Below are positions 23,918 to 35,200 of a stretch of DNA of 39,556 bases, one piece after another. The notes under the pieces are model-generated. The model saw only the letters and a program-made list of their open reading frames with translations. It ran no database searches and was not told the DNA's origin. Location: the NCBI RefSeq assembly GCF_001186125.1, contig NW_014040340.1:8829-48384 (forward strand), in the 5' to 3' direction. The stretch's first letter is position 1; the number at the start of each line of letters is the position of its first letter. This stretch comes from Sphaeroforma arctica JP610 (Eukaryota). Position numbers and translations under genes: made by a program.

Positions 23918-24365
23918 TGTTAGCGTGCGGTGTGGGGGACTAATAGTAAAGTGCTAGTGTATCTAACGTATGATGCATTCGAATGAATTTATTTATGATC
24001 TCACCCTCAGCTATATACTGATGGTGTTTGAACTAGTGTTCAACCACTTGGGTTGGCCAGGGTAAAAACTCATATAATCAGTATGAGAAACCAACACTTT
24101 AGCACTCGGATTTATTTTCTAGAAATAAATACATCATATTCTCTGTTACTACACTCAGTCTTGGACCTCGGCTCTCGGCTAGCCGGTGGCCCGTATTCTA
24201 TAAATAGAATAATCTGAGAAGAAGTCTCAAATTACTCTTACGTTCTCTCGGGCTGACCCACCAATACTTATATGAATTTGAGAACAAGTTCCAAATTACT
24301 CTCGGGCTGACGACGTAAAACGGTATTAACGTATATAGAAATACGTCTATTACTGTAGTCTCTCA
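23918..24365 (-). mobile_element. Solo LTR (448 bp) inserted in the Gypsy RNase H, with a 5-bp TSD
   Basis: TG...CA termini and CTAAT duplicated at 23913-23917 and 24366-24370. Removing it restores KKLLAL. Homologous to the LTR at 30723-31211. Confidence 0.9.
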
Positions 24366-24489
24366 CTAATAGCTTTTTCATCGGGGTTGCATATGTCTGT
24401 TGTGCCTTGGTGACAGTCTTTGAGAAGAACATCAGGTAATGCTTGCGTCCGTCAATTAGTTGAAATAGTGCTGTGGACAAAGTACCCGA

Positions 24490-24660
24490 GGCGGATTTTA
24501 AGACCGGACCCGAGGACCGGATCTGAGAGATGAATTTAGGACCGGACCAGCGGACCGGACCTAGGGGAATAATTGAGGACCGGGCCAGAGGACCGGACCG
24601 ATTAGTGGAATAGAGAATTTAATGAGATAAAGGTGATGACTCATCCTAAACCATAGAGAC
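24490..24660. repeat. GGACCGGACC repeat cluster, plus first copy of a 76-bp direct repeat (second copy at 25075-25150)
   Basis: Multiple gaccggacc motifs; ccagaggaccggaccgattagtgg...ccatagagac at 24585-24660 and 25075-25150. Confidence 0.85.
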
Positions 24661-24699
24661 GGGTATTTTCACATAACCCGATGGTAGAGAAAGTCTCGT

Positions 24700-25074
24700 T
24701 CCACATAGAATCGTGATTAATAAATATAGCAGTTGCGCCATTCCCAATGGCACTTCTGACTGAGTTCACTTATTTCAGACTTAGCACTCTTTACTAAGCG
24801 TAACTCGGGTTTAACCACAATGCTCCACCAATACCATAATCTCTTGCATCTGTTTCCAATTCAAGTAAAACACCATCAACCGAAAAGTTCAACCGTACTG
24901 CCGACAGGATAGCTTCCTTCATCTGAATCCACGCCAATTGATGTTCTGGCTCTTAACGATTCCCAATGGGCTCCTTTGGCTTAAGCTTAGAAAACGTTCG
25001 TAGTGGAGCCACTTTATGTGCAAAGTTAGGTAAATGCTTATGTAAGAAGTTCGTATGCCAATCCTAAAGCAGTA
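24700..25074 (-). mobile_element. Fragment of a second Ty3/Gypsy pol (RT thumb/connection and RNase H start)
   Basis: TNFLHKHLPNFAHKVAPL...EPEHQLAWIQMKEAILSA...LELETDARDYGIGGALW. Confidence 0.8.
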
Positions 25075-25150
25075 CCAGAGGACCGGACCGATTAGTGGAA
25101 TAGAGAATTTAATGAGAGAAAAGTGATGACTCATCCGAAACCATAGAGAC

Positions 25151-25334
25151 TGTTAGACAATAGTAACGTGTATTAAGTAACTTCATTTACACCTCTTCTG
25201 AGGGCCTATATATGTCACTATTAATCCGCCTATATATATAATGGCGGAATTTGAATGTTGACACTGACAGCCCGGTGTACCGAACTGTTGTTGTATTCTT
25301 GATATCCGCATATGATGATTTGTTTTGCCTAACA
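25151..25334 (-). repeat. 3' LTR of Copia 1 (184 bp)
   Basis: TGTTAG...CTAACA perfect 6-bp inverted termini directly after the PPT. Confidence 0.8.
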
Positions 25335-28300
25335 CTCCCCTGAAATCGTCAAGAGTGTGAAGAGAGAGAATACAATCACTGCATCTCATTCTTCCCTGGA
25401 TTGGTTCTCGACAATATCATCATGCTTTAGTGTGGCGCGAGTGTGTAGGGCGAGGGGTGTTTTTGGTAAGCATATCGGCTGGGTTGTCGGTGGTGCTGAC
25501 GTAGTCTGCTGTGATGACACTTTCTTGTTCGAGTTCCTTAATGTGATGGACTCGTATATCGATATGTCCTAGATGTTTGGTCGGTCCCGTATATGCGATA
25601 GTATGAAAAGCTGATTTGTTATCACACTAAAGCGGCGTGGGCTCGGTTTGGAGAAAACTTAACTCAGAGAGTATTTTTCGTAACCTTTGTATACTCTTGG
25701 CAGCTTCTGATGCAGCAAAGTATTCGGCTTTGGCAGTACTTGTGGACATTGTCTTCTGTCGCTGTGATTTTCAGGTGACTGGGACTTTGTTGATACGCAG
25801 ATTATAGCCGGCAGTAGAACGTCGTGTGTCAGGACATGCAGCGGTCAGCGTCGCAGACAGCATCGGCAACTAGTGGTCCCTCGTGGAATGAGTAAGTGCG
25901 ACCTAATTGTGATGTATCCTTGAGGTATCGTAGGATACGTTGAGCTGCCATCCAGTGTTGGGCAGATGGGTTGTTCATGTACCGAGCTAGTGTGTTTAGG
26001 GCGTAGGTGATGTCGATGCGAATTAATACCGACAGATATTGTAATGTGCCTATCAATTCACGATATTCACATATGTGTGGGGGACGCGTGTTTATGCTAA
26101 CGATATCCTGAGTTGCAGGTGTCGGCGCTGATGGGCTGTCGGCGAGATCAAAGTTCTCTAAGGCCTCGCGGATGTAGCTATATTGAACTAAGCTCAGGGA
26201 GTCGTTTGACGATAGAACGCGTCTCCTATGAGCCATTGTGGTTTACCCATTTCTTTGCAGTTATAGTCTGACTAGATCAGTTCTTTGAAACGTGTGACGT
26301 CGGCGGCAGAGTTACCACAAAATATAAGGTCATCGACATATATAATAACAGCGCAGAAAAAACTATCAGAGTCAATGATGAAGAGGCAGGGATTTGAGGC
26401 TGCTTGGTGGAAGCCCATGTTGAGGAGTTTGGACTTTAGGAGAGCATGCCAAAGGAGACCTGATTGTTTAAGTCCGTATAGACTCTTATTGAGTTTCAAG
26501 ATGTGATCAGGTGGTAGGCCGACGGCGGCAGACCTGTTGGAAAACCCTATATGTATGCTGAGTCCACGTCCATCTGTTCAACGTGCCACCTGTTAGAGGC
26601 GGCGACGGCAAGAAGTGTGCGGAGGGTATCGTGACTGCATGTGGACGCGTAAGTCTCATTGTAGTTCATGCCTTTGGTCTGTGTAAATCCTCGAGCGCAA
26701 AGTCCAGTCTTATACCTATCTACCATACCATCCATCATCTTGATTTTAAAAACCCATTTGCTAGGGACGGTAAAGGCGTCGTCTGGTACTTCGTCCAGAC
26801 ATAGGAGATCGTACGCACCAGCCTTCTTTAAGACTGTCTAGCTTGCGTTGTATGGACGTGCACCAAAGGTCAGCTATTCGCCTTTGAGCACTTGGCGAAT
26901 GGTAGCAAAACACAGGGGTGAGTGGGTGTGATTGAATCTTGTTGCATACTGTGTAGAGTTTATGTACTGTATCATTGTACATAGCCTGTTGTCGTGTGCT
27001 TTCATGTAGGTCAGTGGAATCGTCGGGTAGAATAGTGTTGATTTTGATAGGTATGTCATCTTGGTCGTCGTCAGCGGTTCCGGCTAGTCGTGGAGGTGTA
27101 TGAGATATAGCCTGAAGTGTTTTACTAGTGCTGGAACGAGCCAGTTGGAGTGCTGCCCGGCGAAACTGGCGGTGAGCTTTGTTAGTTTCGGATGTGTGTG
27201 TCAGATATGCGAGTGTGCGTCTCAATTTGTCTTTGGGATTAATCTCTTGTTTAGGGAGAGATGTGATCGTATTTGAAAAAGATACCAGTGTTTTCGATAT
27301 CTGGGCTCCAATGAACGTGTCTAGATGGAGGTAACGTATGACGTGGAGATGTTGTGCTGGTTGCTGTGACGTTAATATATTCGGCACCATGTTGATTAGT
27401 AGCGTTATGATGTGTCATTTGTCTAGCATGCTGACGAGTCATACGCACCTGATTGGGTAAAGCGGGTTCATTGAGACTTCTGCTATTGTTTCGACCCGGT
27501 AGTAAGAGACCTTTTGACGCACGCGAAGTGGGATGTTTTGCAATGTGACTTTGTAGTTCTCTGTTAACCATGTCCTCGACAGTTGCGGTCGGCCGTTCGA
27601 AAAGTGCGGGTGGGCGTGGGGGTGTTGAAGTACCATGTTGATCGGTGCTGTTTGGTGTGGGAAGAAGTGGTTGGAGGCGAATCTATGTATTGATGTATGT
27701 ATAGTATCTGTGGTGGTGTCGTTACTGGGTTGTTGGGTGATGAGTGGCGGATACTCCCCTGGAATAGGTAGAGTGTGGTTAGCAGGTGGTAAGGTAGTCT
27801 GAAGCTCCCCTGCAAGGTATGTGGGGTGATCTGTGGATGTGATGGTAGTTAGTTGCTCCCCTGGAATGATGAAGGTAAGCGAATCGATGACATGGGTAAA
27901 GCTGGATGTGGTGGTAGTCAGTGGCTTTCCTGGAATGATGAGGGTGGGTGAGTCAGGTACATTGGTGGAGTTGGTGTTGGCGAGTGTGATCTTTCTGATA
28001 GTGGGTACATTGTCTGGTGTGGTATCTGGGAAACTTGCGATTGGCGTAGTGCCGACCATTGTCCACGTTGGGAATACTTTATGATTAAACTGGACGTCAC
28101 GGGAGTGACATATTTTTCCCAGTTTTCACGCTGAAGATACGGCATTCATCGAAGTATTTAGTGTTGTGACCGAAATAAACACCTAGAGTTGCACGGTCAT
28201 CTAATTTGTCTTGTTGGTCTTGATTAATGATAGCTACTTGACATCCGTAGACATGCAAGTGTTTGATGCGCTGTGTAGGTTTAGAACCCCAGAAGGCTTC

Positions 28301-28849
28301 CAGGGATGATTGCTGATTAGCGTTGTGTTTGTTATGTTGGACGAACTTGATAAGTGTAGCGTGGCGTAGTGATTCTGCCCATATAACGTCAGGTTGCCGC
28401 GAGTGTTTGAGGAGTTCAAGTGTGATATTTTTGATGAAATCATTAGTACGTTCTACGAGACCGTGTAATGCTGGAGAGTTTGAAGGTATGTAAGTGACCT
28501 TGACGTGTTGAACAGTGTTGATTCTGTTGAACTTACGAACTCACCTCCTCTATCACATTTAAGTTCTCGTAGATTGGCTAGATGGTCCTTTCCAATATCT
28601 GTGTAGAAGCGGTCAAGTGTGGTGGATGCCTTGTCGTTTGTCTTATGGGGATACACAAAGGGTGCACCAGAGTTGGCGTCGACAAATTTTATGATCGAGG
28701 TATATCCACCTGGAATGGTTGAGCATCCTGTTTCCAAATCGACGTGTGGAGATAGAGGACGGCGTCGCATCTTACCGCGTGCGCATGGAGGACAGAATTT
28801 GAGTGGGTGAGGATGTCAGCTGTTGGAGGCACTGCATGTTGTTCATTGC

Positions 28850-29275
28850 CTAACCTAGGTATACAGATGTACCACCGGGGAGGGGGGTCAACACTTTCGT
28901 TGCCGTTGCGTAGTAAGGTGTTCTCGTCAGTTTTCATAACCTCGACGTGTGAATGAATTTGTAGTTTAGTTTGATTGTAATTTTTGGTGTGTGATTAGGA
29001 GAATGACCACCGTGACTAGACTATTTTCGTTGTTTAGTTTACGAAGTGTCTTGCGCCAATCGTTCTTGGTGAATAGGATGCTGCCGTATAGGTGCTTATG
29101 AGGCTGGTTCCAAGACTGTATGTATGCTTCGTATAAGGATGCATCGGGTTCTAAGCTACAATAGACGGGTACTTGAGCATTCTGTTTGCTAGCGAAGAGG
29201 TCGATATCGACGCTTCCGAAGGTAGTTTCGACTCGATCCTTGTATATTAGAGGGTTTAGCATCCAATCACCGATG
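28850..29275 (-). pseudogene. Dam-like (DIRS-type) methyltransferase domain inside Copia 1 pol
   Basis: IGDWMLNP...TFGSVDIDLFASKQNAQVPVYCS (DLFAS at 29188-29202)...AYIQSW...HLYGSILF...TLRKL...VTVVI. After a frameshift comes KTDENTLLRNG...PPPRW. The frame is continuous with the upstream WHDILGH. Confidence 0.82.
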
Positions 29276-30722
29276 TTTGGCTTGAGTGGTTGTTTGATAA
29301 CAATGTTGTTATCGTGAAGCATTGATCGGGTTTTATAAGGAGGTGTGTGACCAAGGATGTCATGCCATTCAGTAGCAGTGTGAGTGGTGAAAGTGTTGAG
29401 TTTGTACTGGCTGTCGATGAGCGAGATGCGTTGGACGATGTGGTTATTTTACATAATGTGACATTCTGGTGTGGGAGTGTCAAGCAGAGGCAGGAGGGAA
29501 ATAGACCCCGAGTCCATGTTGTTGCATAAGGTGAACTGAGAGGACATTATGAGTGGCCTGGGACATAATCAATACTGGACCAAGACCGGGAATATTGCCA
29601 CGTTCATGTACGGTTATTTGTGACTTATCTGGAAACTCTATACCAAACTGCCCATATGCTATATTCTTGAGACCATCGCTGGTGGTATGAATGTGTCATT
29701 GCTCCGGAATCAATAAGAGATGCCTATATTGAGGCTCGTTATTGGGTCTGGATGTCTGATATTGTATATTATTAAAATTATAGATATATACGATAGCTGA
29801 TTTTTTTTATTGTGGGCTGGTGATGTGTATTATCGTGTAGGATACCGAATATATGATAACGCATGTGATCAGACTGGGCCCCCTGACTTCATTTTTGTAG
29901 AAATGCAGCATCGGTTTGACCTGCTTTGTTACATTTAGAGCAGTGGAGTGTAGAGCGGTCGACAGGGCATTTGTTTCCCTTGTGGTTGTTTGAACCACAT
30001 TTGCGGCAGATGGAGGATGGGCAGCCGTGGATGCCACGGCCCTTCTCGTTGCACAACGGGCAGATAATGTTGCGACGCTCACGTTGACCAGCAGTGTTGT
30101 CTTTACCAGGATCGCCATTGTTGGTGTATAGTTTAGAGGGTTGATCGGATTTGGTGTTGGCGTTAGTATTGATAGCAATGATGCCAGAAGCAGCGTTGTC
30201 GCTTCTATGAAGTTGATGGTCACCTTCAAATTCCATGGTCATCTGGTACACGTCATCGATCGGGTGTTTTTCTTCATCCATGTCGAAGATAGTGGAGGGT
30301 AGGAGCGTGGTATAGTAGTGCACAAATAAGATACTTGTCGGAATAGGTTTTGGCGGAGTGCTTCGAGTGCTTGCATTGTGGGTTCTGTGCTACCAGTCGA
30401 TTTGAAATATGTAAGGCGTTGCATAGAGTCCCCGAATCTGCCAAAACTGCCTGTGTTGTGTACTGTGCAGATGTGTTTGAAGAACTCGGCTGGGGTTTTA
30501 TCTACGTATTGTGTGTAGACTGTAGTTATTAGTCCTTCACCAATGGAGCCTATCAATATGAGATTGTACTTAGCGTCAGCATGCACGTTTAATGTGAGCT
30601 TTGTTGCAATGGGGGTGCAATCAGTGAATAGTGCCAAAGTAGGACATCTTCTATTTTGATGCCAATTAGCCAAGCACCAAGTTGTTGGGAGCCTGTCAGT
30701 TGAGTACGTTTGTATATGTCTC

Positions 30723-31220
30723 TGTTGCTAGAGTACAATGTAGTAGACTTTAAATAAAGTGCAAATGTATGTATTTATTTCTGACCTCACCTTTGGTTTT
30801 GTACCTAAGGTGTTTGTGCTAGTGTTCAGCCGCTTGGGCTGGCCAGGGTAAAAACTCATATGGTCAGTATGAGAAACCTTATGCGGAACACTTTAACACT
30901 TCGATGCTTTTCTATTTCAACTTCTCTGCAACTAAATCTCACGCTGATCACATGATGCCTTTCCGCGTAGGTTGTGACTCACATAGAACCGCAGCTATTA
31001 TTAGTATGTTGTGGTTGACAGGCTTAATCCACTCTCGGGAATCGGTTGAGAAACTAAATATGTTCTCGGAAGTCGGTTAAGTAATAACTCAACTCTTGAG
31101 AGTAATTTGAGCAACTTAATTAGCTCTCGGGAGTGAGCTAATTCTGATGACTTCTATAAATCAAAGATGGTTTCTTGCTGTAAAATCTGGCCTGAGACCT
31201 GTAGTCTCTCACTCCCCCTC
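30723..31220 (-). mobile_element. 3' LTR (489 bp, 30723-31211) with PPT, interrupting the gag N-terminus of Copia 1
   Basis: TG...CA termini; shares the end ctgtagtctctca and a block of about 100 bp with the solo LTR at 23918-24365. GAGGGGGAG PPT at 31212-31220 precedes it on the minus strand. No TSD. It is unresolved whether it belongs to Copia 2 or to a third, truncated element. Confidence 0.8.
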
Positions 31221-31785
31221 AATTTTACAATCAACAAGGGCTGAAGTCTGAAGGCTGAAAATTGGAAACTAAAGACTAATGAAGGCTGAAGACTTAAGAC
31301 CTGGATTGTGAAATTGTTGACTCTGTATGTGGATTGGGCGATAAGCGTTGAACCAATGTATATTTGTCGAAGACATTTACGAATTGGTGCTGTTGAGTAT
31401 TGTTATGAAAATTGTTGAAAACGTTGATTTTTCTGAAGAGTAGACTATCTCCTGTACAGTGACAGGCTTCACGACTGGCGTGGATAATCTTCTGTACGGG
31501 GACAGGCATCACACTTTCGCAGGTAAAAATACTCGAGATTTTCTTGAAAAATGCATCTTACTTACTGAATCGGTGTGTACTGTGGCGTGGATGCTGGGGG
31601 ACAGCTCCCTTCTGCGTTGTGGCATATTGGTTTGACTATGGGATGTGGCCTGCGAGGCTGAGACTCGGGAGACTGTGAGGCTAAGATTTTCTCTTGGGTC
31701 TTGGAATGTGCGGCTCTTATGCTGCGGTATGGCTGCTATCCTTAATATGGTTGCTTTTAAAAAAGTCCCTGTAGGGCCTGTGGAC

Positions 31786-32169
31786 TGTGAAATTCACAAT
31801 TTTGTTTGTATCCTGCGAGTGAATTTCTGTACAAATTGTCACATGTATGCAACTTTTACGATATCACGCACAAAAATTAAAAGAACCAGTAAGTTACTAA
31901 TATTATGTGTATCGATGAATACAAATTGTCTGCGGTATTCAACTTTAACTTCAGAGTATTTTATGTCAAAACACAGTCGCACAAGTAAATACTTGGGTGT
32001 TTATCGATAGGAACAATTATATGAACAAAGATATAGTTATATATTGCGTGTACATTATTTATAATTTTATTTTTACATATAATATAAACAGTTTGTACAC
32101 ACTCTTTTTACAAGGTACGATATATATGTATATTTTGCAGTCAGAGATAAAGGCACAAAGCATTTGACA
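31786..32169 (-). repeat. Possible 3' LTR of Copia 2
   Basis: AT-rich segment starting about 40 bp after the RNase H stop, with imperfect inverted termini TGTCAAA...TTTCACA on the minus strand. No second copy in the window to confirm it. Confidence 0.35.
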
Positions 32170-32209
32170 CCTGCTTACCTTAAAATGCTTACCTTTATTA
32201 TAAATTGGA

Positions 32210-35200
32210 CTATGTTGATACTGGCATCCGAGTCATTAGTCTGTCGTGTATGTCGGTAAACTTCACTCGGCTGAGTGGCTTCGTGAAGAAATCACTGAGT
32301 AGCTGTTCTGATGGTATGTATTTTAACTTGATGGGGTTGTTCGATGTGAGTTCCCCGATGTGATGATATCGTAGATCGACATGTTTTATACGGCGGGATT
32401 TCGTGATACCATTTCCCATCAGTATTGCTGACTTGTTGTCCTGTTCTATGGTGGTGGGTTCTACGAGCAGAATGCCGAATTCTGTGAAGATATTCCTAGC
32501 CCATACTGCGTTTTTGGTTGTATCAGATTGTGCTACGTATTCTGCCTCTGATGTAGACGTTGTTACTAGTCGTTGCAAGTTTGTTCCCCACATGAATGGT
32601 GCACCTGCTATAATGCCCACTCGCCCGGTGGTGGATCGTCTTGTTATGTCATCACTAGCAAAGCTACTGTCTGCACTCAGATAGGGAATACATGGTTCTT
32701 TGTTCGTGTATTCAAGTCCGAAGTCCTGAGTGCCAGCGAGATACTTCAAACAGCACTTGGCACCTCTGAAGTGGTGTTACTGAGGTGCTTTCAGATAGCG
32801 ACTTAGGATCGAAACTGCAAAGCACATATACACTCGTGTTTGATCTACAAGGTATCGTAGCTGACCCACTAGCTTGTTGTATTGTGTGATTGGTGGGACG
32901 TCTGAGCTGGCCGCCTTTTCCGGGAGATATGCATGTTTTATCTGTTACTTCATAGTCCGATTCTAGAATTGGCACCCATGCTGGTTTACAATCTATCAAC
33001 CCCCATTCCTGCAATATTTCTCTTAGGTATTGTCGTTGATGGAGACGTACTCTTCCAGGGTGTATTTCCACCTGGCACTTGAGAAACAATAACGGTAGGC
33101 CCATTTCAACAGTGTTCCATTCGCCTTTCATTGCGTCAGCTAGTTTCTGTCCGTCGGTCTTACTCTGGCATGCTGCAATTTCGTCATCTACGTGTACAAT
33201 AATGAAACAAGGTCCACTGTGTGTTTGTTTGATGAACAGTGCTCCATCCGATTGTGCTTGTTTATAACTGTGTTGTATAACAAACCGATGGATAGCTTTA
33301 AACCAATAGTGTCCGCTAGGTGGTAGACCGTATACGCAACGATCAATTCGACATATAACCTTTGTGTCTCCTTGCTTGTGCCTTTCGTATAGTTTTCTCT
33401 GAGACGGGTCCAATAGATGTTCGATGAGATCGTATCCTTGCGGCACTCGCATGTAATTAGGGGTATCCAGTTCTTGAGTGTGGTAGGCCGAGGGTGTATC
33501 GTATTGTCGAATGTCCATGTCATAGTGTGCCATTAGAGCTAGACAGATCCTGAGTGTTTCCTTGGCTACTACTGGGGCATAGCTTTCATCGTAATCGACT
33601 CCCTGTTTTGCATTGAATGCTGCTAGTTCAGACGTGATTTGAGTCGTGTGACTTGTCCTGGTTCATCCATTTTTGCCTTGAAGACCCATCGAGGGGGGGA
33701 TAATGATTTCTCTCGCGGTTGGTTGTCAGCCATAGTGAATGCCTTGCGCTGCATCATTAAGCTCTACATCTCCAAACGTGCTGATTCCTCCCAATCGGCT
33801 GCGTTTGGCATCTCATATATACCTTTGTATGTTTTTGGTTCCATTGCTGCAGTTGCTGAATTGACAGTGTGCGTAGTGCTAGGAGTTTGTCTCTTACGGC
33901 GGCTATCGTGATACCAGTCGACATTATTATCATATATCGCAAGGTCCCGCAGTTCTCGAGAGACTTGGCGACCTTCTGTCGTTCTTCTAGCGATGGTTGC
34001 TTCGAGATCATGTTGTGTTTTGGTAGTCACTGCAGAAGCCTCCGACTCGACGGTATGTACTTCATTCTCAGCAGGTTGTTGTGTTGACGATGAAGTTATT
34101 TGTAGTTGTTCTGAGTTGCTCGACTTGTGCGTCACAGTGAACTGGGCTTGTTGGCTAAGCATATCTTCCGTTGTCGATGTTGTCCTTGCGTCTGTTTGGA
34201 AATCGACATTCTCGATTTGGAGGAATGTACTACTGTTCGTAGTGTCAGGTGGTGCGATAGCGGTTGTACATTTGTTGTCTTCCCAGACAAAGAATTCATC
34301 TTCGAATATATAGACGTCTCGGCTTTGTATTATACGCTTGGTCAGAGGTGAGTATATACGATACGAGTCCGGTGTTGTATCCAAGGGTTGCGCAAGAAGA
34401 ATGCCATCCAATGCTTTGTCGTCGAGTTTGCCGTCTGGATCACGGTTCTTGTATGCGATATGACACCCGAATGTTCTGAACATATCTATCGGAAATGCAT
34501 ATCCTATAAACTTCTCGTATGGGGATGAGCTCTTCTCGTTGGTGGGTATAGCATTGTATATGTTGGTAGTTTGAATCAGTGATTCAGCCCACATGGTAGT
34601 CGGTAGACGTGCATACTTCAGTTGTGCAAGCATTCTAGGGACCAATGTACCATGGAGTCTTTCTACCTTGCCATGATATTGTGGCGTGGCCGTAGGTGCG
34701 TACCTCGAGCAGTATCCCAAACACGCAAGTCCAACACCCACTCTGTATCAATCATAGACGATTTTTCTAGCATGGCCAAAGAGTATCCGATCCGCGATCT
34801 GAAAGCGACAACAATTTTGGATGCTATGTTACACACCTTCGATGAATGGTACATCTTAAGTCATCGCCGAGTTCAGTGCATACAAATGGTTCGATGCTCA
34901 CAGCTTACAGCAAACGTAACGAGGCGCATGCTTGCGTGTTTGGGATACTGCTCGAGGTACGCACCTACGGCCACGCCACAATATCATGGCAAGGTAGAGA
35001 GACTCCATGGTACATTGGTCCCTAGAATGCTTGCACAACTGAAGTATGCACGTCTACCGACTACCATGTGGGCTGAATCACTGATTCAAATAGAAAAATC
35101 GTCTATGATTGATACAGAGTGGGTGTTGGATCCTATTGACGTTACGAACGGTCCTATTATGTCCACGAAGACTAACTTGAGAGGCTCTGTAGCAGGTTCG

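Larger units (their letters stand above)
21174..24480 (-). mobile_element. Degenerate Ty3/Gypsy LTR retrotransposon, 3' part: RNase H - methyltransferase - integrase - PPT - 3' LTR
   Basis: RNase H FFSKTVTKAQQTYATPMKKLLA...HFHDHLIGQR (24480-23750, split by a solo LTR). MTase domain at about 22700-23095. Integrase HNLGH...RYIPC and core YVLVWLDVHS...IWTDHGTEY...PYQPKVLGANERSH (21886-22620). Possible decayed chromodomain (VENNREHR...QPLDNL). PPT GGGGGG at 21507-21512. Confidence 0.88.
25151..30722 (-). mobile_element. Degenerate Ty1/Copia LTR retrotransposon 1: gag - PR - [HH - MTase - CC] integrase - RT - RNase H - PPT - 3' LTR
   Basis: Gag with CCHC-type knuckles (29900-30070). Protease LIDSGA (about 29700-29718) and NVLSVH...GVYF. 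WHDILGH at 29347-29367 and CPPCARGK near 28783. Integrase core HVDL...FVDANS...LKCDRGGEF. RT RYKTGLCARGFTQ...QMDVDSAY...KSLYGLKQSG...YVDD. RNase H CDAD...RRSTAG...STAKAEY. PPT AGGGGAG at 25335-25341. Many stops and frameshifts. Confidence 0.93.

Noticed and set aside
24017..24098. LTR structure as a hammerhead, hairpin or twister ribozyme; TGGTTTCTCATAC as a PBS for the local tRNA-Ile
   Set aside because: The CUGANGA core and other class-defining motifs are absent in both copies. The TGG motif is inside the LTR, is not kept in the second LTR and matches the tRNA-Ile 3' end poorly.
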